This document shows, piece after piece, positions 12,009 through 24,799 of a stretch of 64,000 nt of DNA (positions within the stretch are counted from its first letter, which is position 1; each line of letters starts with the position of its first letter). A program made the position numbers and the translations under genes. The notes under the pieces are model-generated. The model worked only from the letters and a program-made list of their open reading frames with translations, searched no databases and had not been told where the DNA came from. Origin of the DNA: Amphiscolops sp. MND2022 (taxonomy: Eukaryota); the NCBI GenBank assembly GCA_964187785.1, contig OZ076410.1, forward strand, positions 97,526,001 through 97,590,000. Reading direction: 5' to 3'.

Positions 12009-15000
12009 CTAATACTCTTGAGAATGAGAAGACCCACCATCGTTACTACTTTCTTCAAACGCGAAGGCACGTTTGGAAGACTGAGATGCTTCTTCAGTGC
12101 TGAAATTGGCTAATGACGCCCTCCCTTTCTTACCGGGCTTTCCGCCGGTCTTATGACCTCGATTACTCGCCTTCCCGTCTGACACGCCACTCACAGTTTT
12201 CCGTTTTGATGCAGACGTACTAGGAAGTGCAGCAGACAGAGCGACATCTCTTTGCATTCGCTGTGTTTGTACTACGGAACGCTTAGGCTTTGCAGGACTT
12301 CGGCGAACAGAGGCTGGTGCAGACTCCATTGACCGCAGCTGGTCGCAAACGGTTGATCGATACTCGTCGACACCGGGGCGAGATGGCCAACCCCCGGTCG
12401 ACTCCAAGACAGTCACACAGCGCCTCAATAGATCATCAACTCCTCTTTTTACCAGCTGATCCCACGGAATTGCGCGAACATCGTCACTCAGACGTGAGAC
12501 CTGGTTGTCGGTCGAACTGCAATGTCGCACAAATCCAACCATTGATCTGCGCGAAAGACCGCTAAAGCTATTCGCCATCCAACTCCGAACAAAGTTCAAA
12601 CTCGACAACATGACTCCTTTGTCCAGTGCTCTACTTCCTACGTCAATGAAATCTGCCTGATAATTGTCGTGCAGCATGCCAACAAACAGGATCCATAGGA
12701 AGTCGTGAAACTCCCGGCACCGGTCCCATGAGGGGTAGGAAAGCCACAAAGAAGGCATCATCGACCACAGGCAACACTGAGGTACTCGACTCCCACCGAC
12801 GTTTGAAAGAAGCTGCTACCTCGCGGTACTGCTGAACGATAACTCCGCCATTACCACTGCTACATAGGTCTCCGAAACTGAGCACCGAAATCGTTCCTAC
12901 TAGAATGTCTGTCACACGATCCATTGAGCCAGACTGCACTAGATACGGGTCGAAAGGCAACAGGCTGAGGTGCTTAACCCACCCCTGGTCAAAGTCAGCT
13001 ACACAGGCCTCACACACTTTCCGCAAGAAGTTCTGGACCTCCTTGTAAAAGAATGGTTTTTGAATAATTCTATCAAATTGGGAATACTGACCAAACAGTG
13101 CCTGAAAGCGCGCCTTGTCCACTGGCATACTCTCTACGATCCTCAGTCTCAAGACAGCAAGCACTTCAAATTCCGTAGGTACAGATGTAGGCTCGACCAC
13201 CAAAGCAAGTAACGCGCAGAGAAAGGCTGCAAGCTCACGCTCGAACCATAGATTTCGGTCTCTTCCCGAGCTACACAGACGAGGACACTTTGAAACAACT
13301 GAAACACAAAAAAATGCTACATCAACCAGCGAACACCCTGCCTACCACGACCTTACACTCACAACGTCATTACCCCCTGGTCAGCAAATGCACAAAAAAC
13401 ACCACGGACATGACTGAACACAAAGATCGTCCAACACGTTCATACTGACCTGTCTCTGCTAAAAATTTCAGGACGGCGAAGCGCGGTCTCGTCATAGCAT
13501 CGTTGAATACCTGCGTTTCCATACAGGCAATATTGCGTGTCTCTGCGATGGTGCTTGGCCTTTGCACTCCGAAATAGGCACCCAGGTCGTCCCAGCGTTC
13601 CACCAACTCTGCAAAGTAGTGACAACTCTTGGAACTGATCAGCACCCCCACGCACGAACTGAAACAACTCCAGTCCCACGACTGTTTCCCCCAGCAACAC
13701 TGCCCGCTAGAGAAGATGGCCGAGGCAGACTGTCACTCTCACAGGGTAAGCTCCCGGACTGCCCAAAGTCCTGAACTGCACTCTTCAACTTTGACAGGAA
13801 CTCTTCAACGGCGAGAGCACCAACCGTCCCGAGACTGCCCAAGCTTGACTCGATGGCAGCCTTAACCCATTGCTGAAGATTACGCTCTACCCGCGAAAAC
13901 AGCTCAGAGAACTGCACCCCGACGACTTCAGCTCGCACTCCAGCATCTACAACAAATCACAGCATTCCCATGGACTTGACGCCTAGTAGCATTTTCAACC
14001 CCCTCCCCCCAATACAGATTTACGACAGCAACACAACTGAATGTGAAATGGTATGAAAAAACAAAAAGGAACAGTCAACAGACTCTTTCTTAGATGAAAT
14101 AACTTCGTAAACACCGCAGCAAATAAACCTACCTAGATGAGATGACAGAAACGCATCCAAACGACGAAGTATTGGAATGGCCTGTTTCAGCACTCCCGAA
14201 ATTTCCAGTCGCCACAGAGAAACGGAAACGACGCAGGTAGTCTACCACATTGACCATATTGACATTCGCTACAAACAAAAGACCACCCTATTTAAACCGT
14301 CATGGCAAACACTCCCCCACATAATGGAACTACTCTATACAGAACGTAGTCAAACGATCCTGCGCCAACCGTTACCACCAGGAATGACAGCAAGCACTAC
14401 CGTCTTAACCGACACATCATCGAAAATGTGGCAATCCAGTCGTCTCATGGCTCCATCTGCCCGCACATGCAGACCAGATTGCGCTCCAGATGATAGAATA
14501 GCATCCAACTTTTCCACCACAAATGGATACAGGCCATACAGGACAAGACTCTAAAACAACACACCGAGAAAAAGAACAAAACTCCGGATATTCACCTAGC
14601 TTAAGACACAATAACTTGCAAAACATAAAACAAACAGGCATTACCTGACACTTGGGGTACGACAGTGACCTCTCAACGAACTCAACTTCACTGCGCATCC
14701 TGCCAGACCATGACTCCACAAAGCGAGTCATACTGTTGAAATCGCTCAGTTCCACAAAACTGTTTAAAAAACAGCAACGCCAGAGGTAAGCAGCACTAGT
14801 CTCAGACAACTGAGATTTAGCACCCGCGTTTTCCTCCTCCAATTCGATCGCCATCCGCTCTTCCACAGCCAGTGTGAACTCGGATTCTAACACAATAGGC
14901 GGCTCGGACAACCTCTCCGCTCGGATCCGACGATCCTCTTCTAGCGATACCGGACGACAGGACTTGTCTAACAAAGGTTCATTTGACATGATTCGATAAC

Positions 15001-18000
15001 GGTGTTCCAAGCGGGTATGTTCCCGCCCCTTCCAATGATCCCAGAGATTGTGCAATCCTCGGCCCGCAATACTGAGATTCACTCGACATAGACGGCAGCG
15101 CATACCCGTCAACATCACGCTTGTTACTGGGGAACCCGACAAAGGTCCCCACGACGCCAGAGACAAAGAAAGACGGCTTCAAGGTTTTGATTGCACGTTT
15201 CCGCCCTGCTAACACGCAGAACAACAAGTGAATCACTTTAATCCAGTTGAGACCTTAAATCCTTCAAAAAAACTTCTTTGATTGTACTTAGTGTCGTATT
15301 TAAATTTTCTTAAAATTATCCCTAAAGCCCCCCACATGATCTTTTGAGATTCATTACCATGTTTAGAAGTCGAAGCGACCCCAGACGACGCCACTCCTGA
15401 AGGGATGACACTTCTCTCCCCGAACTCTGAAGGCACATCAGAATTCGTTCCAGTCCCACGACTGTTTCCCCCAGCAACACTGCCCGCTAGAGAAGATGGC
15501 CGAGGCAGACTGTCACTCTCACAGGGTAAGCTCGCGGACTGCCCAAAGTCCTGAACTGAACTCTTCAACTTTGACAGGAACTCTTCAACGGCGAGAGCAC
15601 CAACCGTCCCGAGACTGCCCAAGCTTGACTCGATGGCAGCCTTAACCCATTGCTGAAGATTACGCTCTACCCGCGAAAACAGCTCAGAGAACTGCCCCCG
15701 GCGACTTCAGCTCGCACTCCAGCATCTACAACAAATCACAGCATTCCCATGGACTTGACGCCTAGTAGCATTTTCAACCCCCTCCCCCCAATACAGATTT
15801 ACGACAGCAACACAACTGAATGTGAAATGGTATGAAAAAACAAAAAGGAACAGTCAACAGACTCTTTCTTAGATGAAATAACTTCGTAAACACCGCAGCA
15901 AATAAACCTACCTAGATGAGATGACAGAAACGCATCCAAACGACGAAGTATTGGAATGGCCTCAGTTTCAGCACTCCCGAATTTACCAGTTGCCACAGAG
16001 GAACGGAAACGACGCAGGTAGTCTACCACATTGACCATATTGACATTCGCTACAAACAAAAGACCACCCTATTTAAACCGTCATGGCAAACACTCCCCCA
16101 CATAATGGAACTACTCTATACAGAACGTAGTCAAACGATCCTGCGCCAACCGTTACCACCAGGAATGACAGCAAGCACTACCGTCTTAACCGACACATCA
16201 TCGAAAATGTGGCAATCCAGTCGTCTCATGGCTCCATCTGCCCGCACATGCAGACCAGATTGCGCTCCAGATGATAGAATAGCATCCAACTTTTTCACCC
16301 TAAATGGATACAGGCCATACAGGACAAGACTCTAAAACAACACACCGAGAGAAAGAACAAAACTCCAGATATTCACTTAGCTTAAGACACAATAACTTGC
16401 AAAACATAAAACAAACAGGCATTACCTGACACTTGGGGTACGACAGTGACCTCTCAACGAACTCAACTTCACTGCGCATCCTGCCAGACCATGACTCCAC
16501 AAAGCGAGTCACACTGTTGAAATCGCTCAGTTCCACAAAATTGTTTAAAAAACAGCAACCCCAGAGGTAAGCAGCACTAGTCTCAGACAACTGAGGTTTA
16601 GCACCCGCGTTTTCCTCCTCCAATTCGATCGCCATCCGCTCTTCCGCAGCCAGTGTGAACTCGGATTCTAACACAATAGGCGGCTCGGACAACCTCTCCG
16701 CTCGGATCCGACGATCCTCTTCTAGCGATACCGGACGACAGGACTTGTCTAACAAAGGTTCATTTGACATGATTCGATAACGGTGTTCCAAGCGGGTATG
16801 TTCCCGCCCCTTCCAATGATGATCCCAGAGGTTGTGCAATCCTCGGCCCGCAATACTGAGATCCATTCGACATAGACGGCAACGCGCATACCCGTCAACA
16901 TCACGCTTGTTCCTGGGGAACCCGACAAAGGTCCCCACGACGCCAGAGACAAAGAAAGACGGCTTCAAGGTTTTGATTGCAAGTTTCCGCCCTGCTAACA
17001 CGCAGAACAACAAGTGAATCACTTTAATCCAGTTGAGACCTTAAATCCTTCAAAAAACTTCTTTGATTGTACTTAGTGTCGTATGTAAATTTTCCTAAAA
17101 TTATCCCTAAACCCCCCACATGATCTTTTGAGATTCATTACCAGGTTTAGAAGTCGAAGCGACCCCAGACGACGCCACTCCTGAAGGGATGACACTTCTC
17201 TCCCCGAACTCTGAAGGCACATCAGAATTCGCTCCAGTCCCACGACTGTTTCCCCCAGCAACACTGCCCGCTAGAGAAGATGGCCGAGGCAGACTGTCAC
17301 TCTCACAGGGTAAGCTCGCGGACTGCCCAAAGTCCTGAACTGCACTCTTCAACTTTGACAGGAACTTTTCAACGGCGAGAGCACCAACAGTCCCGAGACT
17401 GCCCAAGCTTGACTCGATGGCAGCCTTAACCCATTGTTGAAGATCACGCTCTACCCGCGAAAACAGCTCAGAGAACTGTCCCACGACGACTTCAGCTCGC
17501 ACTCCAGCATCTACAACAAATCACAGCATTCCCATGGACTTGACGCCTAGTAGCATTTTCAACCCCCTCCCCGCAATACAGATTTACGACAGCAACACAA
17601 CTGAATGTGAAATGGTATGAAAAAACAAAAAGGAACAGTCAACAGACTCTTTCTTAGATGAAATAACTTCGTAAACACCGCAGCAAATAAACCTACCTAG
17701 ATGAGATGACAGAAACGCATCCAAACGACGAAGTATTGGAATGGCCTCAGTTTCAGCACTCCCGAATTTTCCAGTCGCTACAGAGGAACGGAAACGACGC
17801 AGGTAGTCTACCACATCGACCATATTGACATTCGCTACAAACAAAAGACCACCCTATTTAAAACGTCATGGCAAACACTCCCCCACATAATGGAACTACT
17901 CTATACAGAACGTAGTCAAACGATCCTGCGCCAAAGATATGACACTTACAACGTAATATATAACAAAGATACACTTACCAAACTCTTGCGACAAAACGAG

Positions 18001-18100
18001 ATCGAGTAAGTCGCCCATACCAGCGATGTTAGAAGAAGATACTCGAGCAGCAAATTGGCAGCAGTGACTGGTTTCCAACATAAGATCCGGAAGATCCAGT
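12009..18100 (-). pseudogene. Antisense multi-exon gene with BED-type zinc finger and diverged hAT-transposase-like segments, inside the Gypsy element
   Basis: Canonical GT-AG introns joining exons in frame (e.g. 17834-17697, 17510-17142, 16991-16426, 16331-16157; intron 13449-13299). Motif CRLCRMDLSIAGRGLHNLWDHHWKGREH; segments LVERWDDLGAYF, LLALVVEP and FYKEVQNFL resemble hAT transposase regions. Confidence 0.65.
13668..17934. repeat. Tandem array of a ~1.78-kb unit, 2.4 copies
   Basis: Units 16150-17934, 14369-16149 and partial 13668-14368; near-identical ORF translations recur (MFVANVNM..., ...RAEVV..., ...MSNEPLLDKSCRP...). Confidence 0.95.
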
Positions 18101-19061
18101 CCAACAATACTCCTCCCAACTGGGGATTAGCCACAGCCATTTAATTTTCAACCTCAGCAACTAACTCAGCGATGCCAGGACCAAAAGACAGTGATTCTTC
18201 GTCATCAGACATCTTGGGTAAAGTAACTGATAACCACAACACTCCGGGCAAAACAACAAATTCAAGAATACACGACTGCGAAAGCTCACTCTTCCATTCA
18301 CAGTTGTTATAGACTGATCACCTATTTCAACAAACAATGGATGTCTAACCCCCCACATCAAACAGTCTTACCCGAGTAACACTGGAAATTCATGGATAAC
18401 CACCTTGGTTCAAATCCAAACAAAATCAAATGCTATTTTAAATATGCAGAAAGAAGATAGTCGTGTTTTCCCACCCCAACGCTAAACGGCCCTACCTATC
18501 TCTGGGATGATAGACACCTGACGATTAAATCACATTTTCCCGTTTACTAAACCACAATAGCTGCAAAACCAAAGAATACCGGACTCCCTGACAAAGCAGA
18601 AAAAAGGGGATACACCTTATCAATGTGGAAGAATGAGCGAAGCCAACGGATGACAAACGAAGATGAATAGAAACAAATTCAAAGCTCAAAACCAATGCAG
18701 GAGATACAAATAAACGCGACTGATACTCACTATAGCAACACAACAAATCAATCAACTGCCGATGATCGATGAAAATTTCCCTAAACAAACATTTGACTCA
18801 ATGCGCACTACATGGATGACGTGGCTGTGCAACTATTCCTATAAATACTTTTTACTCCAGACTTCCGCCTGCTTGCTATTGACTGCTTCATCTTGTTTAT
18901 TCATACTTCCGAGTGTAAAGGCCGCTTCATTTACAGCCACAAGTTTCCACTACCTTCAATCCAGTTAAACGCTGTCCACTACCCACTTCATACACTCTAC
19001 CACCCACTACTAAATACCTCCGTAGTCACCTTTCACCTACCCCTACAGCTTGCTCTCTCTT

Positions 19062-19074
19062 AAAAAGGGGGGAA
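19062..19074 (+). promoter_or_regulatory. Polypurine tract
   Basis: AAAAAGGGGGGAA immediately before the 3' LTR. Confidence 0.9.
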
Positions 19075-20276
19075 CGTCATGCCCGTTGAGCATGAGAGAA
19101 ATAAATAAACTCTAAAAAACTAATTCATTCACACAAACTCCCTAAGACACAAGTCACCATCTGCATATATTATAGTGAACTAGTTGCCAAGCAATACCGT
19201 TAAATAAATAACGACTGGAGCTAGCTGTTGCCAATGAATACATGTACCGATACCAATCATATTTATTTTGCATCGTTTAGAAATACATGAAATTATGACT
19301 GAAATCATCAGTCGTCAACAGCAACATTTTACTGGAATGTGCTTTTAATCTCGGCTTTGATCATATATTTTCACATATAAGACTGGAACAAACAGTCGTC
19401 AGCTACATTGATATTTCACCATTTAATCATATTAACCTTACATGTAAAGTTTCACTGAAATATCTGATCCTTCATATTCATAACGCTTCCTCCATTTGTA
19501 TTGGTGCTTCGTACGATTCAACTTAGTAATCAATCGTCAAATAACAATTAACTCAGTCACCATGACAACTGAGATATGCAGTAGTAAAACCTCAGACTAA
19601 TGGGTAATTGATATAATTACGTGTCATAATGACCGGTGAATGCGGTCATACAACCTCAAACGCAAATAATTACGCACCAACTAGTACCTGCGACGACGGT
19701 AACAACCAGTCGTCAAAATTAGAAGAAAACAGGTAGAGTGTGAATTAACACCAATTAGTAGAGAGAATACTATTGGCTAGTAAAAAGGTGCTAACACGCG
19801 TTTATAACGACACCATCAGGAAAACTGGACACAACAGAAAATTGTGAACTACCCACATTACTAGCCGCTTTGATAACTGTAACCTTGAATCATTGATATA
19901 TTCTAGAATAATAAACATACTCAATTCAACTTAAAACCTTCCAATTTCTCCATGGTAACAACTAGATCGCAAAGTAATAGAATTAGAGAAATAGATAACA
20001 GCGCCATGGACAGATCATCGAGTGACAACGAAAGTGAAGCTAGCTTCTCAGATATCCTCTCTAGAGATCAAATGACTGAACTTGACACTGTCGACTTGCT
20101 ATACAGACAACGGAATACTGATGGATATAGTATTGATCAACGCTTCAATGAAATAAATAGACAGATTGGAGACCTTACTAACATCGTCCTCACATTAACG
20201 CAACAGTTTTCCTCTATTAATAGAAAAGGGAATAGACTGAATGTAGCAACTACCAGTGCTAACAGTCGTTCCGACA
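19075..20276 (+). repeat. 3' LTR (1202 bp), retaining the first 108 gag codons
   Basis: Colinear with the 5' LTR apart from small indels; ORF 19952-20314 MVTTRSQSNR... runs out of the LTR into flanking DNA. Confidence 0.95.
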
Positions 20277-20716
20277 GCTGTAATGTTGTAAGCGAAAGCT
20301 TTACAACAATATAACATCAAACAATGCTCATTATGCAAATAAGGCATTCCGATGATATAAAATCTAGATGCTCTAATATGGGCAATTGCGTCATTTTTCG
20401 CGTACAGATAAATTTCTTTTGCAGCCGTTTGATAATTTTGAGGCAGGAAATGCAAAAAAACTGTCGGATTTATGCATTTTTTGTAACATTCTAAGCAGAA
20501 AAATGCAAATCTTGCAAGATTTTTGCAAGAGTTAGATTCTAAAAATGCATTTTCTTACAAGATCTTACAAGAATTCTTGTAAGAATTTTGCAAGAGTTGT
20601 GATTTTTGTAACTTAGGGTCTACACAAATTCAACCATTTAAATCTCAACTATAAAATATCTAGCTTTTTTTCTCTATCCAATTTGACATAAAGAGCTTGA
20701 TCTCGATATCTATTTT

Positions 20717-21192
20717 GGGAGGCGGAAATTCCGTCGCCAGAAATTCCGTCGTCAGAAATTTCGTCGTATCGATTAGAATAACAGCAATCACCAAAAGATA
20801 TCTTTTGAAATATTCAATTATTTAATTATTAAAATGAGATCTTAGGAACCTGTTTCATTTTGCCATTTTTGTTTTTTTGTCGGGAAATTATCAAAAAATC
20901 ATGGTAATTTTTGCTTTAAGTGTCGAAACAAATTCGTGTTGGAGGGATAAGAAACAAGGTGTATCTGTGGAGAAGAAACATATTCCAAAACTTTTTCTCT
21001 CAAAACCATTACTAAAGGTAGTCAATGATAGTAATAACTGCACAATTATCGATAATTATCAAGACTCAATATTAAGACGATTCCTAATAGATAAAAGAAA
21101 ATGCGACGTTTTATAGAACGTAATCACCGACGGCGAAAATTTTGACGACGAAAATTATGACGACGAAATTTCCGACGACAAAATTTCTTCTA
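20717..21192. mobile_element. MITE/foldback-like element with tandemly repeated inverted ends
   Basis: Left arm has 3x (A)GAAATT(C/T)CGTCG; right arm has 4x (C)GACGA(C)GAAA(A)TT, its reverse complement; AT-rich centre. Confidence 0.6.
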
Positions 21193-21538
21193 ATCTCTAT
21201 TTCATGTCAAAGAATTTGTACACAGAAAGAAGCTTCAAATACTTGGTACAATCAAATATGTAGGGTTGTAAAACAATATGGCATCAACAAAAGGCGAAAA
21301 TCCAATGTATTTATCTATAAACTACATGTTTATCTACAAACTATACATTTATTGGCATCAATTTTTAACTTTCTTCACCAAGAATCTTTCTAGCTGCTTT
21401 CTAGTAATCAAGTAAAATGTTATCTGAATAGTTAGTTTATCATAGTTAAATTGCTTAAATCGGAAATGGAAATCTCAGCTCCCAAAAAACCCTAATACCT
21501 ATAACCCTGCATAAAATTAGCCCAGCTTTTGAACGTAA

Positions 21539-21970
21539 TTACCCCCCGAGCAAGCACCGGGGTACCCATCTTTGGCGGAAAGTTTCCCTCACCAACTTTC
21601 CTCGCAGGTAGAAGAGAAAGTTGAACGAATTACTGCACAAAATTATGAGAATTGCCAAAAAACGCAGAATCTTTACTCGCGCATAATCGTCAGAAGCGGT
21701 GTAATAGGCCTCCGAGAAGGTGTAGAGAAAGGCAGCGGTGCCACTGGTCCCTAAGTACCAGAAAGAGAGCAGCATTATGGTCACGATTGCCCGTTTGTCC
21801 TCGGGTGGGAGCGAAAAGTCTTCCACTCTCATTGAGGAATTCAGCTCACTTCTGACGTCACAAGCATCAGAGTTCAGGTTGCATCTTGCTGCAGGTTGGG
21901 AGTTAGACATTTTGATCTCATTGGTTGACAGACAGTCGCATGGAGCAGCATTCGACACCACTGCACTGAC
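21539..21970 (-). CDS. Rhodopsin-family GPCR, last exon (ICL3 end, TM6, TM7, C-tail)
   Basis: Acceptor TTTTTTTTCTCAG, phase 0. Two hydrophobic helices (RAIVTIMLLSFWYLG...; ILRFLAILIILCSNSFNFLFY, an NPxxY-type variant) followed by basic helix 8. Confidence 0.75.
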   Translation of the reverse strand, partial: VSAVVSNAAPCDCLSTNEIKMSNSQPAARCNLNSDACDVRSELNSSMRVEDFSLPPEDKRAIVTIMLLSFWYLGTSGTAAFLYTFSEAYYTASDDYARVKILRFLAILIILCSNSFNFLFYLRGKLVRETFRQRWVPRCLLGG

Positions 21971-22719
21971 CTGAGAAAAAAAAGAAGTGGAAAATTGCAA
22001 CAAAAAAAATTGTGACCGATACTTTTTTCCTTCTAGACAAAACGTTGAGTCACAGCTCAATTGATGCGCATATTTTCAAAAAAAGCATTTTTTCCAAATT
22101 ATGTACGTTATACCTGGCTGGTGGTGCGTTATATACAAGATATTAGAAATTCCAATCAGTGTAGCTGAAAAATTCGAAAATGGTATTTTGGATAGAATGC
22201 AAGATTTGCTCAGTGATTTTTGAGTTTATGGCTTCTCTAAAATGGGAGTTTGAATCTACCCTAATTTCAATGATTTTACTAGTATCCTGACTAGTGATTT
22301 CACAATTTATAATTCTCATTGCCTCGGCAGTAACTTCACTATTATGTCTACTAATAGTGTCTAATAGTTACCTGAGATCCTCACTATTAGGATTTGCATT
22401 ATGTTGAGGCTCTCAAGACTCAAGGTTCATATTTAAATCGCCAGTAACGTGTTGGCTTTCCTCCCTTTCTAGAAGAACTTCCCAACACTATATCCATATT
22501 CTCTAGATCTGACATTAAATCTGAGTGCCTAGATCGCTTTCCTTTGTTTTTTGCTTCCTTGTAAAAGGCATCAGGAACCTTAAGTTCACGGAACAATGTG
22601 TTCCAAGGTTAATATTTCAAACAGAACAAAGTGCTAAAACAAAGTTTGAGAATTACTTGTAATAAGACTAACTGATATTCAGTTATATCGCAGAGTGTAG
22701 TATTCAATCATAGAAAAAT

Positions 22720-23456
22720 TGTGATCCCCCACTCAACGTGGGTCAACTATATAAAGTCCCAATTGGATGAATCGCCAAAATTTAAGGGTCATGACCCTAT
22801 AAATAGTTACGCCCTAGATTGACACAAATTTTCTATTCATGGAACCAGGTAAAACAAGGGGGAAGTGACGTCATGTTACGTCACTAAAACAATAGTAAAA
22901 CTGTTAGATTTAACTTTTACATGTATTGAAAGTTCTCTGATGGTGGACTGTTAGTCCAATGGATTAACAGCATCGGTATTTTTAATACAAAAATACTCAT
23001 TTGTGACGTCAGAGTTAGACTAATAGCACAATGGACGTCACGCCCGTTCAGCTACATTACATCTTAGTACATCCTTCTTTGATCGGTCAATAGCATTTTG
23101 GACAACGCGTCTACCTGGCATTACCACGAAATCATTTGAACGCATTTCCTAATAATTCGTTTGCTGCTACAAATTCATTTAACTGCAAATCATCAATTTC
23201 ACATACAAGTTGAACTACATTATACAACCTTTGCACACTCGAGCAAAAGAGAATTAGCGCCGAAAACAGATATTCATTATAAAGTAATATTACATAAATG
23301 GTACTAAACATTCAGTTTAAGAGACTTGTTCTGGCCGGGTGGATGTAAGGTCCGGCTTCTCTTTTTGGTAGTACTCTTGGCGGAAAAGATAATGTATAGT
23401 CCCCGTCAGCTGGAATCTGGTAAGCGTTACCGTCGTAGGCGGTACCCTGCGACACA
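22720..23456. mobile_element. Probable solo LTR (~737 bp)
   Basis: TGTG...CACA termini; TATA-like boxes (22748, 22797); TGACGTCA motifs; shares CGACGGTAAC with the large Gypsy LTR. No matching TSD found. Confidence 0.45.
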
Positions 23457-24416
23457 TGCTTAGAGCAATATTAGACCTTTTCCCTTCCTATATCAGAAAA
23501 ATTTTAAAAACTTTCCTAACGAACTCACGTCTGAACGTCCGAGAAATTGTGAACTTTTAATGAAGTGTCAGGAATGCAAAGTCACAAAATTGAAGTAGTA
23601 AACTTAGAATGATGTTCAAAGTCACAAAAATTGTGAACTAAGGTTAGTTAGCGTAATTTCACATACGCACATGACCACACTTCAAGAAAGTTATATGCAT
23701 CTGAAGGTTATCTGAATTCCAGAAAACGATTCATCATCCGTCGCCTGTAGATCAGCATTTGGGAATCGATTGGGAATCAATATTCCATGCGTCCAGAAAA
23801 CAAATACCTCCATTTTTGGGAGTCGTTCCCCATTATTTCAAATTTACGCCTCAATGTTCAACCACCTGATGGTTCTTTAGTCTCACAAGTATACCGCGGT
23901 CAAGTAGCGAAAAACATGATGGACCATACCATGAAAAACCATTTATCCCCATAACAAACTTGATTTGATCTTATACAATCTTTGTGTTTGAGATCACGTT
24001 TTCATCTGAACTAGAATTTATGTTATCGAGATTGCAACTCGCGTCAAGTTAATGTCACCCCCGAACAATATCGAACGCGTTTGGGAATTTCGCCCGGAAC
24101 CGAAGAGTTTCATTGCGAATATTTATAGTTTCATAAATGGATACGGATTGATTCTTGGATTTTGGTAGATCCACGCATGAAAAATGAATGGAACCGTCAA
24201 AGTATCCACAACAAATGATGTTTGAGAACAGCGTCCGAAAATGATCATAAAACAAAATTCGAAGCGGCTTAGTAAGAATACAAACATAATTTCCATATTT
24301 GGCATTTTTCTGCTTGAGAAAAGGAAGAGAGGCGCAAACAAAGGAGTTGTGTAGGAAATTGATTCCGAACAAGTCAATCAAAAGAATTCTAGAAATGAGT
24401 GACAATTATTGAGAAA

Positions 24417-24541
24417 CTAATTGAGCAATTTATAACTGAAACGACAAAACCTCCGAAAGATTTCAACCTCCAAAACAAAAATCTTTTGTCGTATAAAACT
24501 TTTTGGAGGTTTGTCGTTTCAGCTATTAACTGCTCAATTAA
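24417..24541. mobile_element. Miniature inverted-repeat element (~35-bp arms)
   Basis: AATTGAGCAATTTATAACTGAAACGACAAAACCTCC ... GGAGGTTTGTCGTTTCAGCTATTAACTGCTCAATT, bounded by TA. Confidence 0.65.
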
Positions 24542-24799
24542 TTTTTGCAATAAATGCCATTGAATTGTAGAATTCTTCTGGTTGTCTTGTTTGGAGACAA
24601 ACTTTCACTTTTCAATTTCTTTGCTTACCATTTTCTTCGTTTTCGAAGCAAATTACTGTCGAATATGCATTTATGTTTTCATTGTTACTAAGCTTAATTA
24701 GGCCACTTCGAATTGTAAGATTCTTTTGTGAAGCGGTAAAAAGAACCAGTTGATTATCTCGTTTTCTGGATATATTGTAAGAAACACAGCCATGCAAAA

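Larger units (their letters stand above)
3408..20276 (+). mobile_element. Full-length (16.9 kb) Ty3/Gypsy LTR retrotransposon, decayed, with antisense cargo gene
   Basis: Direct repeats 3408-4589 and 19075-20276; identical 5-bp TSD GCTGT (3403-3407 and 20277-20281); PBS, PPT and gag-PR-RT-RH-INT order. Confidence 0.97.
2709..20618. mobile_element. TIR-bounded non-autonomous DNA element (TTGCAAG/CTTACAAG-rich ends), interrupted by the Gypsy element
   Basis: Left end CCCTAGGTCACAAATCTTGCAA at 2709; right end TTGCAAGAGTTGTGATTTTTGTAACTTAGGG ending at 20618. Both arms (2709-2900, 20450-20618) consist of the same TTGCAAG/TTACAAG motifs. No clean TSD seen. Confidence 0.45.

Noticed and set aside
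12009-18140. Envelope gene of an endogenous retrovirus
   Set aside because: It is antisense and spliced, with no convincing signal peptide, furin site or C-terminal TM anchor; the zinc-finger motif points to a nuclear protein.
11620-18494. TAGGGCC...GGCCCTA as hAT TIRs around the antisense gene
   Set aside because: Only a 7-bp match, and the flanking 8-mers (TGCAGTGC versus CCTATCTC) are not a TSD.
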